This document shows positions 27,737-41,900 of a DNA stretch of 64,000 nucleotides, in pieces (within the stretch, counting starts at the first letter, position 1; each line of letters begins with the position of its first letter). The stretch lies in NCBI RefSeq assembly GCF_006345805.1, contig NC_042997.1:186001-250000 (forward strand), given 5' to 3'. The notes below the pieces were generated by a model. The model saw nothing but the letters and a program-made list of their open reading frames with translations, had not been told where the DNA came from and did not search any database. The position numbers were made by a program, and so were the translations under genes. This stretch comes from Octopus sinensis. Taxonomy: Eukaryota.

Positions 27737-28308
27737 GCTACTCTAGGCAAAATGCCCGAAATTTTTGGGGAGAGCGCTAATCAATTAGATCGACCCAAGT
27801 ACACAACTGGTACTTATTTAATCGACCCCGAAAGGCTGAAAGTCAACCTCGACCGAAAATTTGAACTCAGAACGTAAAGACAAACGAAATACCTATTTCT
27901 TTACTACCCACAAGAGGCTAAACACAGAGAGGACAAACAAGGTCAGACAAACGGATTAGGTCGATTGCATCGACACCAGTGCGTAACTAGTACTTATTTA
28001 ATCGACCCCGAAAGGAGGAAAGGCAAAGTCGACTTCGGCGGAATTTGAAATAAGAATGTAGCAACAGACGAAATACCTATTTCTTTACTACCCACAAGGG
28101 GCTAAACACAGAGGAGACAAACAAGGACAGGCAGACGGGTTAAGTCGATTATATCGACCCCAGTGCGTAAATGGTACTTAATGTATCGACCTCGAAAGGA
28201 GGAAAGGCAAAGTCGATATCGGCAAAATTTGAACTCAGAACGTATAGACAGACGAAATACCGCTAAGAATTTCGTCCGGCGTGCTAACGCTTCTGCCAGC
28301 TCGCCGCC
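27737..28308 (-). mobile_element. SINE family B, head plus 3 bodies
   Basis: gaaatacc junctions at 27886, 28070 and 28254 (184-bp period); head ends ctgccagctcgccgcc at 28308. Confidence 0.9.
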
Positions 28309-29439
28309 TTGTTTGTGCATATATACACTTGAGAATATCAGATGCAGATATTTTGGAAGGTCTTTCAAATCTCCATTTTTCCTTCATTATGTCAATTTCT
28401 TCTGCTTTTTCTCCGTGAAACGGAGTTTTTCTCAATGCGTCTATGATGTATGTATGTATGCCTGCAAAAAAATATATGTATATGTATATTATACATGCGT
28501 GCTTATATATATATATATATATTATGAGGGGTTTAGTTCACTGGTAATCTAAACAAAGAGATACAGTGACCAAGTGCTATAATTGGTCATCCTTTAGGTT
28601 GAAAGTTCACAGCTGAGGCTGGAGCTAGGGATCCATATTAAGCTTCTGTCTTAACAGGTATATATTCTCCTAATATCATCCAAACTAAATCTGGAACACC
28701 AACGGATCATATATATATATGGGTATAGTGTGTATGAGTGTAATGTAGCATTTGTATGAAGCTGCATGTTTACATGTACAGCAGTTAAACATGAATGACG
28801 GCACAAGTTCAAAGTAACAGGAGATAAAACACAATTGAATATTACAGGTAATATTGGTAATTTAAGATTAATTTTTTAGCCGGTAATTGCATATGCAGTT
28901 ATATGGATTCGTAACACTTCATTGGATGCGTTGCTATTTATTTCGTCGATAAGTACCACGAGAGATAAAGCTTGACAGTAAGAATGATAATTTTCTGTTG
29001 CTACACGGGTTCCTTTATAAACCCAGTCATGTTCTGTTTCTAAGGAAGAGTGTCTTCACAATTTGGAAGCTTCTAGCATGTGTGTGTAACTGATTAAGAA
29101 CTTTTTTATGTATGTATGTATGTATGTATGTATGTATGTATGTATGTATGTATGTATGTGTATGTATGTATGTATGTCAACTCTGCCATGCAAACGATGG
29201 AGGGACTTTGTTGACAATTCCCATCTGAATGAAACTGTCCATTGTTCTGGCTTCGATTTGCTCATGGGGGAGTTATCTACCCTGTCAGTATATATAAATG
29301 TGCTTTTGCACAGTCATAAGTGGTTCAACTCTTATTTCTAGCAATATATATCCTTATAACACATAGAATCACGACTAGTGACGATTAAATTTTGCCTATG
29401 CGGTTTATAAAGCACCCAGCTGCCCACATTAATGTATAC

Positions 29440-29517
<78 letters not shown>

Positions 29518-29556
29518 TGTGTGGTGTGTGTGTGTTGGCGTGCTTTATATGTTATT

Positions 29557-29587
<31 letters not shown>

Positions 29588-29595
29588 ATATATAT

Positions 29596-30003
29596 ATTTC
29601 TTTATTGCCCACAAGGGGCTAAACATAGAGGGGACAAACAAGGACAGACAAAGGGATTAAGTCGATTACATCGACCCCAGTGCGAAACTGGTACTTTATT
29701 TATCGACCCGAAAGAATGAAAGGTAAAGTCGACCTCGGCGGAATTTGAACTCAGAACGTAACGACAGACGAAATACCTATTTCTTTACTACCCACAAGGG
29801 GCTAAACACAGAGAGGACAAACAAGGACAGACAAACGGATTAAGTCGATTATATCGACCCCAGTGCGTAACTAGTCCTTAATTTATCGACCCCGAAAGGA
29901 TGAAAGGCAAAGTTGACCTCGGCGGAATTTGAACTCAGAACGTAACGGCAGACGAAATACCGCTAAGCATTTCGCCCGGCGCGCTAACGAGTCTGCCAAC
30001 TCA
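29596..30003 (-). mobile_element. SINE family B, head plus 2 bodies
   Basis: Junctions at about 29770 and 29954. Confidence 0.9.
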
Positions 30004-30035
30004 GATATATATATATATAACGTGTCTGCCAACTT

Positions 30036-30071
<36 letters not shown>

Positions 30072-30929
30072 TGCATGTTATTCTGTTGGGTGCCTCTGCT
30101 TTATAAAAGTATTAATATATTCTGATATATAACTGCCGCTTTGTTGATCCGATGAATACCTCAGCATAAATTACTGGGAAAACGCACACGGACATATATA
30201 TGTACCTACACATGTGTTTATATATTCGAGCCTGTGTTAGTGCAACTTCGTAAAATTATAGACATATATAGACATATCCAACCATATGAAAATAGTTGTG
30301 CGTTTACCTCTATCTCACAACTCTTTCGATTTCTAAAATTAATATATACATCTACCGCTGACAAGATTCTATGTAGCAATGTTATTTCTAAGAGAAGAAT
30401 AAAACCTGAAGCTTTTTATAGGCCACCAACACCGACGGTTTAGAATGAAAGCCAGGTCAAAGAGCTCTCTACTTCAGGAAATTTCTTCACTTCGACGTTA
30501 CTTGCAACCAGCTAGAATATTATATGACCTGCATGTCACATGTATGTTGTAGTAAGATCTGGCTATCCCAAATCGAGCAAATTACTACCCCTCCTATAAA
30601 AGTAGTTGGTTATGATGCAGTACCGCTTTCTCCATCCCCGGTTAACTGCTTTCAGACCTAGTGGAAATATAGAACATGCTATGTATGTATGTATGTATGT
30701 ATGTATGTATGTATGTATGTATGTATGTATGTATGTATGCATGTATGTCTTAAGGCTGTATCATGCGCGGGGACATAGAAATAATCGGACGAAAGAAACA
30801 GTCATAAAACTTATTTAGCAAGGGTTATACATGTTATTATTTGAAACAGGTTGCTTTGGCCCCAAGTCTATATAAGAAGCCTACGAAAACTTTAATTTGC
30901 ATGAGGCCGAATCATATATAAATCAAAGA

Positions 30930-31152
30930 TAATAATAATCCTTTCTAATAAAGACATAAGGGTTGAAATTTGGTGGGGTGGGACTAGTCGATTACATCGC
31001 CCCCAGTGTTTCATTGGTACTTGATTTATCGACCCCGAAAGGATGAAAGGCAAAGTCGACCGCGGCGGAATTTGAACTGAGACCGTAGCGACGGGCGAAA
31101 TACTGCCAAGCATTTTTCCCGGTGTGCTAAAATTTCTGCCATCTCGGCACCT
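30930..31152 (-). mobile_element. SINE family B, alternative-tail variant, single body
   Basis: Reverse-complement match to 13245-13445, with an (AAT)n tail. Confidence 0.85.
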
Positions 31153-31205
31153 TATTAAAGATAATAACTTAATAATCATATTGCACACACACATACACCC
31201 ACACA

Positions 31206-31247
<42 letters not shown>

Positions 31248-31910
31248 CACACATACACACATGCGCGCGCATATATAAGCTATAGTCGTTTTCATAGCTT
31301 TTACTAAAGGAGAGGAATACAAAGATATGGATAATTTGCAATACTAGTTCCTACATCGAGCCTATTTTAAATCCTGAAGCAATTAATTAGCTTGTCGCAG
31401 CATCCTTATTGGAAATATAAAAGCTACCGATGTTAATTAGTTTTTCTGTAAAAATAAAGGTAAGCTGTAGATTTAAAAAGTTGCCAGAAGGATAATCATG
31501 AATAGAAAATAAACATAGATGAAGTAAGAAAGAAACATCGTCTTTCGGGTAGGCTAAAATAAGATACGAGGAAATGATATCTGAATTGCGATTTTGTTGG
31601 GGGAGCGAGCGTAAACAATTCAACATGGAAAATTCATGTGAGTGTGTGAAGGGATGACGCCGAAAGTGCTCCAGATGTGGTGTGTGTGCGTGGGCGGGTG
31701 GGGGGAGTTGAAGCAGAGGAAGAGTAGGAGTGAAAGGGAGAAACAAAGAAAGAGTGAAAGAGAGTGATGTTCAGATTCTAAGAGAGTTATGCTAAGACCA
31801 GGTCAGAGTTTTAGTACACTGCCACATAAGTCGAGGACGAATATCTCCATCCTGTTAACAACAACATATTCTGTCAGGTTGGGCGATTATAGGATAGTGC
31901 TGATAAAAGC

Positions 31911-31952
<42 letters not shown>

Positions 31953-31992
31953 AGAAAGAGAGAGAGAGAGAAAGAGAGAGAAATAGTGTGCT

Positions 31993-32054
<62 letters not shown>

Positions 32055-32365
32055 TATATTTGTATATGTAATTATTATTATATATATGTATACATAATAA
32101 CACACATATGTATATATAAATAGGTATGCTGAAAAAATAGAGCTAAAAACATGAGTATATGTATATTTTTATTAATACTTAGCATTAATAGAAGCATCAG
32201 AGTGACTCAAGAGCCAAGAGGTTCGAGCATTGACACTTATCAAACTAGTTCACACAAATAAGTACAAACACACGAAACGCTTGGCCTTTAAGTTACTCTC
32301 TGGCATCTGCTTAATATAAGTATATATAGGTCAAAAATAAGGAATGCGTTACGTGAATGATATTG

Positions 32366-32660
32366 TCAGAAGTCAAACATGTATAATAATAAACAAGTGG
32401 AGGGAAAAACATATACTAAGTGCAATGAATGCACAAACGACTGGAGAACAAACACAGAAGGTCCCCACTTAATCGTCAGGTATCGGCCAAAGTGTCGAGC
32501 GCAATTTCGTGCCATTATCGATAATATTGCATCTACCCTGGAGGCAACCAGCAAGAGAGCTTGCTGGGAATGCGGCCAAAACATAACAAAACAAGACGGA
32601 CAGTCAAGGAGGAAAGCGAGCCAAAAAAAAAATGAAAAACGAAAACGAAATAGATAAACA
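32366..32660 (+). mobile_element. Probable LINE ORF1-like fragment
   Basis: 92-aa ORF with a partial knuckle CWECGQ followed by a basic tail; first 95 bp repeated in inverted orientation at 33005-33100. Confidence 0.4.
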
Positions 32661-32689
32661 AAATATGGCCTTAGAGTCTGGCGAAGACA

Positions 32690-32740
<51 letters not shown>

Positions 32741-33100
32741 ATCAAAAAAAGCCGTGGACTAGCAGATTGACAAGTGCGGAGTAACGCAAAGGAGAAATAA
32801 AAACTATCCCATAGGACTAAACAAACACAAGAGAAAGGTGGAGTAAAGAGTACAGAGAAGTGTGACCGATCTGGCCTTTCTCTTTTTCATTCTGCCTTAC
32901 TATTTCCCTCTCAGCTGCTCTCTATCCACTTAGACTCTTCCTCCCTCCTCCGACTACCACGTGGTCGGTCACGATCTAAGGCGGTATCATTCTTTCTTCC
33001 GTTGCCTTCTGTGCTTGTTCTCCGTTCGTCTGTGTATTCAGTGAACTTAGTATATATTTTTCCGTCCGTTTGTTTATTACTATAGCTGTTTGACTTCTGA

Positions 33101-33133
<33 letters not shown>

Positions 33134-33337
33134 AAGTTAATCCAAACAAGAAAGCACAAAAAAAAAACACAACAACGCGAGGACATGGAACAAATATAGT
33201 ATTATTGGACGCTCAGCAAAGAAGGAGGGTTTAAAGTTTCGGGCGGAGCTCTTCGTCGGAAACATAGGAGAAGGAAAGATCCAGAGAAGGGAAGACAGAG
33301 GAAAAAAATCGCCAACGGTACACACGAGGTCACATTT

Positions 33338-33372
<35 letters not shown>

Positions 33373-34229
33373 ACAATTTGATAAATAAAACATATACATA
33401 TATGTACATACCTACATCTATATGTATATATACATGCATACATGAGTACAGTACACCACAAATAAACGTAGAATACAACGAGAAATGAAAACATAAAATC
33501 AAACAAGGAAACGGACTCTTTTTAACAACGAAAAAACAGAGTAGAAGACAAGCAATACAAAGAACTTTCCCCTTCTTCAGCTGCCCCTGTTTCGACTCAT
33601 ACACATACATACATACATACATACATACATACATACATACATACATACATACATACAACATACATACATACATACATACATACATACATACAATGTGATA
33701 GGCAGACAGAGAACACAGCGATAGAGAATCGGAATCATTTAGAGGGGAAGTGAATGTGGATATTGAGAGTAAAATCCAGAATCAGTTATATGAAGAGATT
33801 GCTAAAGTGATTTTCGAACTCCAGGAAGCATGTCAGAAATTTGGATAGCTTATTTCGAAGAGACTATTTAATAGCATTTACTACTGACTGAGAGTATTCC
33901 CCCAACTTGCCCGTCTTTAAAACAATAATAGAAAAGATCGACATTATTAGTGAAGTATCTCTAGTTTTCTGTTTGCCTATGTTTATTTGATTCATTTCAC
34001 TCAGAACTTTGAGACGTATATGATTGTTTCAGCCTCTAATGATAGTCCCAGAGCTCTCGTTAATAAGCAAATTTCTCCATGAATAATTTTTTTCATTTCG
34101 ACAAACTGTTAAACTTAAATAGCTTTTTCCCCATTCTCCCTCTCTTTCACTGCCTCTGTATCTGTCCCACTTCGCATTCATTTTCTCTTCACGTCACACT
34201 TTTTCTTTCTCGTTCCTCCTGTCTGTCTC

Positions 34230-34248
34230 TGTATATATATATATATAT

Positions 34249-34325
<77 letters not shown>

Positions 34326-34603
34326 TATACATATATATACATATATGTACATATAATATATATATATAATATATATATATATATATAATATTTATATATA
34401 TATATATATAATATATATATACACATACATACATACAACATATATTAACATACATACATACATACATATATACATACATAATACATACATACATACATAC
34501 ATATATACGTACGTACGTACGTATGTATGCATGTATGTATGTATGTACATATATAAGTGTATTTATGTATGTGCTTGCATTATGTACACTTGTGGGTAAT
34601 ATA

Positions 34604-34678
<75 letters not shown>

Positions 34679-34730
34679 CATATATGTTTGTGATATTACG
34701 TATGTGTCTGCATTACACACACACACACAG
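34230..34730. repeat. Long compound (TA)n/(TACA)n/(TG)n microsatellite
   Basis: Directly visible. Confidence 0.95.
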
Positions 34731-36256
34731 AGAAAGATAAATTCCTAAGCAACCATACGTTTATGTGAACATGGTTATTGAGGATGAACGTGCTTTTGAC
34801 AGGTAGCTAGTTCGCTTATATGTTATTGTTCATTGTCGGCGAATATCATTGTGTTATATAACAGACAAAACTTAGTGTTATAGGTCAATTTCGATATCTT
34901 TAACAAATATCTCTTTACCTTCTCACAAATTCGATTCTATCAGACTATGAAAAATGTCAAGATAAAGTTAGTTTGTTATCAGTACAAATAGTATGTGTGT
35001 TTGTATGTATGTATGTATGTATGTATGTATGTATATATGTATGTATGTATCTATGTATGTATGTATGCACGTACGTACGTTTGTATGTATGTTTGTATGT
35101 ATGTATATATTTATATATGTAAAACTGAGAAAACCTGCTCCTTATGTTTAGAATATATGAACTTTTCGCGAAGAAACTAACATATAAATTCTTTCAGATG
35201 GTGAAACCATTTAAATGAACCATACAGTCCGGTAAACATGAAGTTCTTCACGTGATGGCTAATAGAAGTTCCATAACAAAGCTGTTCACACAAGTATACG
35301 TGGTACTGGTATATTAGGCGGTGATGCTCTGTATCTTGTTCTTGTAACGACCCTAGTATATCCGTAACATATATCATACATGTTAGTTTGAGGTGTGAGT
35401 AGGCGTGTGTATATATGTGAGTATGTGTTGTATTGTCTCTCCCTCTCTCCTTCTCTCTCACACACACCCTCTGTGTGTGTATATATATATACATACATAT
35501 ATACAAAACAACGACGTAAGTGGGGTTTAAAATTCATAACAGCTGTTTCGGTAGCATTTTATTGGTGCATTTTTAGATTCCATCGTCATGGTAAAAAACT
35601 TGCCATTTAGCTCGTAAATTCTAAACATATAAATCGGTTTGGTGGCAATAGTAGGTGACGAGTTCCTTTTTCAGCGAGCAATTAACTCAAAAATATCCTA
35701 TTTTTCAAGTAACTGTATTAATTAGATAATACGCTTCTCCAATGGTCAGGGATCATGCTCAGTTATATAAAATAAATATGAAAGAACAAATTCAAGAAGG
35801 TCGTACACACATCAGACTATAGAGAAGCAGGGACTGTCACCATTCATCCTACCCTAGAACAGACACAAACTCTTAGACATATACAATAAATCATAATGTT
35901 TATCGATAGATATTATTAGGCAATGACCTTGCGCATACATATATCCATTCAGCTTATTGATATACAAATATGAGGTCATCAGTATATCCTCACATACGCC
36001 TATATAATCGTATAAGTACATGCATAAACGTGAACACATGTGCGCGCACACACATATATTTCTATATACAAGCATATATAGTTATCCTAATTAAGATGAT
36101 ATAGACGCAAAGCATACGGCAGATATACATATACATACATACATTCATACATGTATATATCCACATGCGCACACACACCACACACACACACAAACACATA
36201 TAGATACACACATACACAAGTGTCTGTCCGCGTATATATATATATACATACAAACA

Positions 36257-36333
<77 letters not shown>

Positions 36334-36339
<6 letters not shown>

Positions 36340-36413
36340 TAGGGTTCAGCAAAGATTTTCGTCACCACATACCAAAGTTTAGAAATAGCAGTCACTGCTG
36401 AACCCTAATTATA
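36334..36413. mobile_element. 80-bp mini-MITE / hairpin with perfect 18-bp inverted repeats
   Basis: TATAATTAGGGTTCAGCA (36334-36351) ... TGCTGAACCCTAATTATA (36396-36413), next to a (TA)n tract. Confidence 0.65.
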
Positions 36414-37090
36414 GAGTATTAGTTAAGCTTACCATGAAATGGTCTTTTTCATGCCGAATTCTACTTGGTGAAATTACTGATTACTTCTGAATTATTTAAT
36501 TTTACCCTTTGTTATTATATATATATATATATATATATATACATTCATTTACACATATACACACATATGTATACATGCGCGCGCGCACTTAAAAATATCC
36601 GTTCATATATCTATATACGCTTATACATAGATACATTTACTAACACACTTAAGTAATCTATATATGCATATGTACTTACACTGATATACATGCATGCCTA
36701 TAAGTAAGAACACTCACATGCACTCATATGCACAGACATACCTTTGAATATACATTTATTTACACTCATGTCTATATGTACCCACTTATGTATGTGTGTA
36801 TGTATGTACATATTGACATTCATACAAGTACATACGTATGCACACATATATGTACACATATATATACATACTAGCTACATTTGTAAATTTATTTCAATCC
36901 ATAACCAATCACATATTTCCATGTTCCTGCTTATGTGTTTGAGTTCATATTCTACTTATCTATGTATACTTATCTATGTACACATACACAAGTGAAGACG
37001 TGTATAGTTGCACACAGACACATTCACATACACAAACACACACATACACACGCACGCACACATACAAATACACACAAACACACACGCTTA

Positions 37091-37140
<50 letters not shown>

Positions 37141-37270
37141 AATACACAGACATGACAGAAGTAAATAGATACCCTATAAAACATTATTTTGTTTATCTTA
37201 ACTTGAACAGGTTTATATTTTTATTAATGGACATTTTTATGCTTCAGGTTCTGTATGTGACTGTTTAATC

Positions 37271-37567
37271 ATGCCACGGACAAAAGAAGTCTTGGAACTG
37301 TTCAAATTTCAAAGAGACCATACTGCAGGGCAATCTGATAGTGAAATCGCAAAAAACCTTAGGATTCCGTTTTCTACAGTTAACAGGGTGATTGTGTAAT
37401 TTACACCAAAGCGGAAGGAGTCAACATCACCTTGGCCACGTCGACCAGGGCCCTCTGACAGCACCCTTTGGTTTGTTAAGTGAAGAGTGGAGGATAATCC
37501 TCATTGTAAAGCCTCTTACATAGCAGAACAAATTGATGTCAGTCCCAGAACAGCTGTCAGGTATCTA
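37271..37567 (+). mobile_element. Tc1-like transposase N-terminal (HTH) remnant
   Basis: [42 protein letters not shown]...PRRPGPS...IAEQIDVSPRTAVRYL. Confidence 0.7.
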
Positions 37568-37739
37568 TAATATGGCAGAGAAGCAAGAAGGAAGCCACTC
37601 AAAGAATTAGATAATATATACAGTTACGACAGTGGATACATATATAAGGTTTGGGCGCGCTGCAAGATGCAGATTCCGTAACAAGTTTAAAGTATGCGGA
37701 TATACGTCTAATATTATGCAAGAACTTTTCCTTAGCATC

Positions 37740-38160
37740 CTTGATTTATGAAGAACATTCTCTAGATACGTTTGAAGATTTCCCACAATTTGGCGCAGCA
37801 ATGCATGCCTTCATTTGTGTTTGCTGTTCCTTTTCTCATAATATTTCAGGAAATGTGGGACTGAATTTTTTTCTTATCATTCCTACACTTTCCTACACTT
37901 TTCCTGCAAGTGGCAAACATACAATATCTCGATTTTTAATGGAAAAAGAAAGGCTGTAAAGTCTCTACTTGAAGTTACATGAGGTTGAGCATATATAAGT
38001 GAAAGTATTTGTATCAATTAGTATATCACATTTATATATAATATTTTGTGTCAAGCACAAGCTGTTAAGAGGACATAAAGATTTATTTTTGAAGTTACTC
38101 AATTTAGGAGACGATTGTCTGCCAGCATAATTAGTACCAGTTAAGCACGGTAGAGAGTGT
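37740..38160 (-). mobile_element. Penelope-like GIY-YIG C-terminal remnant
   Basis: NKSLCPLNSLCLTQNIIYKCDI...FTYICSTSCNFK*RLY (cf. CPLNGKCL..NIIY...YIGST..FK.R). Confidence 0.75.
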
Positions 38161-38700
38161 TGATTATAGCCAAAACCAACAAATTTTTGTAAACTGCTCA
38201 ATATTTCGTAATGGGCATTATGACTAATATTATTACTAACAATATTATTATTAGGGCCGTGGGAGCTAGGACAGCTGGTGCGGTCGTGAATATTTACATA
38301 ATCTACAACTACATAAGAATAAGTGCAATTATAAGTGTTATAGCTAATGCAATCAACGGTGCGAAGGTTAACCATATTCCCTCATATCTCCGATATTATA
38401 GTTTCCACGTGCCCAGTTGGAATTCGGTATGATGATATTAGAAGTTTAGAAAGTAGGCTGACAATTGACAAGATTATTATTGTTTTTACTTACTTGACTG
38501 CTGTAGTCAATTCCCTTGGAATGTATTCAGAGAAAACTACAATTACTAGTTATAATGCTTGGTATTAATGTTGCAGAGATTATCTTGTTGCTGTTACTTT
38601 TGATACTACACATTCTACTACTAATATTGTTGTTGACATTATGCCATTATTGTTTACATTAATGATATAATATCATATATTATATATTATATATTATATG

Positions 38701-39024
38701 TGAGGGCGCGTGGCTTAGTGGTTAGGGCATTCGGCTCATGATCGTAAGGTTGCGAGTTCGATTCCCGGCGACGCGTTGTGTCCTTGAGCAAGACACTTTA
38801 TTTCACGTTGCTCCAGTCCACTCAGCTGGCAAAAATGAGTTGTACTTGTATTTCAAAGGGTCAGCCTTGTCACTCTCTGTGTCACGCTGATTATCCCCGA
38901 GAACTACGTTAAGGGTACACGTGTCTGTGGAATGCTCAGCCATTTGCACGTTAATTTCACGAGCAAGCTGTTCCGTTGATCGTATCAGCTGGGACCCTCG
39001 TCGTCGTAACCGGCGGAGTCTTTT
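38701..39024 (+). mobile_element. SINE family C (tail type 2)
   Basis: A and B boxes; central domain shared with 14383; 3' half shared with 44130-44308. Confidence 0.9.
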
Positions 39025-39089
39025 GTTCCATATATTATATATTATTATTATTATTATTATTATTGTTGTTGTTGTTGTTGCTGTTGTTA

Positions 39090-39618
39090 TTGAGTGAGAG
39101 AGCAGTGCATGACATCAAAGTGACACTGGGGTAAAATCTACGAAGTCCAATATATCTATCATGACTACTCGTCTGATAAGAGTACACCAGGCGACATGGT
39201 GATCTCATATCACGATAAACAGCGCATGACCTTGCAGATGGGGGCCAGTTAGAATTTTCTTCAGATTGCGTAGCGCATCCTGTTCAAAAGATCCCTGAAT
39301 AAGGGTTGTTTAAGGATGTTGAACGAACCACCCGTTTCCAAAGGTGACTTATCCAAAACCCCAAACAATTCCTCTCAACGCATGGCTATGATGCTCCCCC
39401 ACTGCTTCTGCGCGTGATCAGAGGTACACACATCATCAATCACTAAGGGACATGCTCAACTAGTTAAGGTGAAATAACTGACAAGTAAATATGTGGTACT
39501 GAGCAGAATATTTGTTGTAGCCCATCTTTTATACTAAGACAAAACAATGTACAGGATAACTTCCAATCAGTTAAGATATGAAGCCATGAGAGCCACTGAC
39601 TGGTACTGCATCAGGACA
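39090..39618 (-). mobile_element. Family D retroposon-like element (longest copy) with (AAT/AAC)n tail at 39040-39090
   Basis: Minus strand ends ctctctcactcaataac...aataataat; matches 565-735 and 7150-7445. Confidence 0.75.
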
Positions 39619-39619
39619 T

Positions 39620-39620
39620 C

Positions 39621-39663
<43 letters not shown>

Positions 39664-39725
39664 GTTGTTGTTGTTGTTGTTGTTGTTGGTGATGGTGTTG
39701 TTGTTGCTGTTGTTGTTGTTGTTAT

Positions 39726-39822
<97 letters not shown>
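39620..39822. repeat. (ATT)n(GTT)n(AAT)n(ATT)n compound tract with an internal strand switch
   Basis: Directly visible. Confidence 0.95.
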
Positions 39823-39823
<1 letters not shown>

Positions 39824-40277
39824 TTCCTGCGGAACACATCGAAAGTGTTTTCGACCGCTCCAAGTAAGTTCAGTTTAAAATATTTATTTACACCCTGTCT
39901 GGTGTCTTTTTGCAATAACCTTTTTATTCCAAGTTGTGAATAGAGGCGCGATCTTCGGCCCACCAAACAAATTCGGTGGGTTTTTAAATTTAATGAAATC
40001 AATACAATTCAGCAAGATGGCGAAGCACGTCTTGAGAGTTGAGGAAAAACAAAACAAATCCCCCTACCAATACGGTAATAGATGATGACTTTTTCCCCTT
40101 CAATCTATGACGGGCAACAATACAGGGGAAGGGGAGGAGGAGAAGAACAGGATTGTCATGGTACGAAGTACAACGAACAGTAATAACAACAGTAGAGGAA
40201 ACACTAACAGCGGTAGGAATGACAACAGCAGCAGCCGCAACATTGTTGGCAGCCGCAGCAGTAGTAGTGAGAGGAGC

Positions 40278-41074
40278 AAAATACCTATTTCGTTACTACA
40301 CACAAGGGGCTAAACACAGAGAGGACAAACAAGGACAGACAAACGGATGAAGTCGATTACATCGACTTCAGTGCGTAACTGGAACTTAATTTATCTATCC
40401 CGAAAGGATGAAAGGCAAAGTCGATCTCGGCGGAATTTGAACTCAGAACGTAACGGCGGACGAAATACCTATTTCTTTACTACCCACAAGGGGTAAAACA
40501 CAGAGAGGACAAACAAGGACAGACAAACGGATTAAGTAGATTGTATCGACCCCAGGGCGTAACTGGCACTTAATTTATCGACCTCGAAAGGATGAAAGGC
40601 AAAGTCGACCTCGGCGTAATTTGAACTCAGAACGTAACGGCAGACGAAATACCTATTTCTTTACTACCCACAAGGGGCTAAACACAGAGGAAACAAACAA
40701 GAACAGACAGACAGACGGATTAAGTCGATTATATCCATCCCAGTGTGCAACTGGTACTTAATTTATCGACCACGTAAGTATGAAAGACAAAGTCGACCCC
40801 GGTGCAATTTGAACTCAGAACGTAGCGGCAGACGAAATACCTATTTCTTTACTACCCACAAGGGGCTAAACACAGAGAGGACAAACAAGGACAGACAAAC
40901 GGATGAAGTCGATTATACTGACCCCAGTGCGTAACTGGTACTTATTTAATCGACCCCGAAAGGATGAAAGGCAAAGTCGACCTCGGCGGAATTTGAACTC
41001 AGAACGTAGCGGCAAACGAAATACCGATAAGCATTTCGCCCGGTGTGCTAACGTTTCTGCTATCTCGCCGCCTT
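40278..41074 (-). mobile_element. SINE family B, head plus 4 tandem bodies
   Basis: Junctions at 40278, 40462, 40646, 40834 and 41018 (184, 184, 188, 184 bp); single head at 41018-41074. Confidence 0.92.
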
Positions 41075-41765
41075 AGTAAGCAGTATGGTGTTTTAGAAAT
41101 TTTTACGCGTGGATCATCATATACTAGGTTAGGTGCTATTCAGAAAATTATTTCTTACGACTTGCATTAAAAATTCAATGGCGAGCGGTCAGTTGATTAA
41201 TGAAATATTGCTATACTGAAAAGCCATTACGTCAATAGTATTATAATTAACACCGTTATCGGTAACAAATAAGTTCATCATACAGAGTAAAAAAAAAAAG
41301 TCTCATAAATAAGAAAAGCGCTTAGGGTGTTATTGTGCGCAAAGGAATTTGAGAAGAGACGGCGTTGACTATAGAAGAATAAAGAGTGGGAGTTGCAATG
41401 TATAGCAGAAAAGCGAAGATATAGTTTGATATATTAGCTTATACTGCCTCCTTTTCTCTATCGTTCTCTCATTCTTCTCTTAACATTTATGCACACACAT
41501 ACACACACACACATAGGCATGCACACAATAAAATGACTTCTAGAGATTGAGATTTCAGATGCACCATGTCCTTTACATCAAACACACGAATAAATAAGTA
41601 TACTTACACGGAGAAAGCAAATACCCCCCCCCACTACATTAAAGCATTTTTGTGGTAAATTCCATACTTAGAAGAATCTTTGAATTCTCTTCCAGGAACG
41701 TAGAGTAAGTAAATAAATCCATGGAACAAAAGGCACTAATCAGGAACGTCAGTCTATTATTTAGG

Positions 41766-41900
41766 ACCTAGTGCTCATGATCATAAGGAGGTGGGCTTGA
41801 TTCCTACAGCGGGAATGCGTTGTGTCCTTGAGCTAGTCAAATACTTTTACGTTGCTTCAGTCGACTCATTGAAAATGGGTGGCAGCCAAGTGATGGAGCA
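41766..41900 (+). mobile_element. Highly degenerate SINE family C
   Basis: gcgttgtgtccttgagct...acgttgcttcagtcgactca...aaaatgggt. Confidence 0.5.

Noticed and set aside
31690-31710. G-rich runs (also about 21323-21340)
   Set aside because: Marginal G-quadruplex potential with no supporting context.
40278-41074. Regular array superficially like CRISPR or a satellite
   Set aside because: The units are contiguous 184-bp SINE bodies with no unique spacers and no cas genes, in a eukaryotic context.
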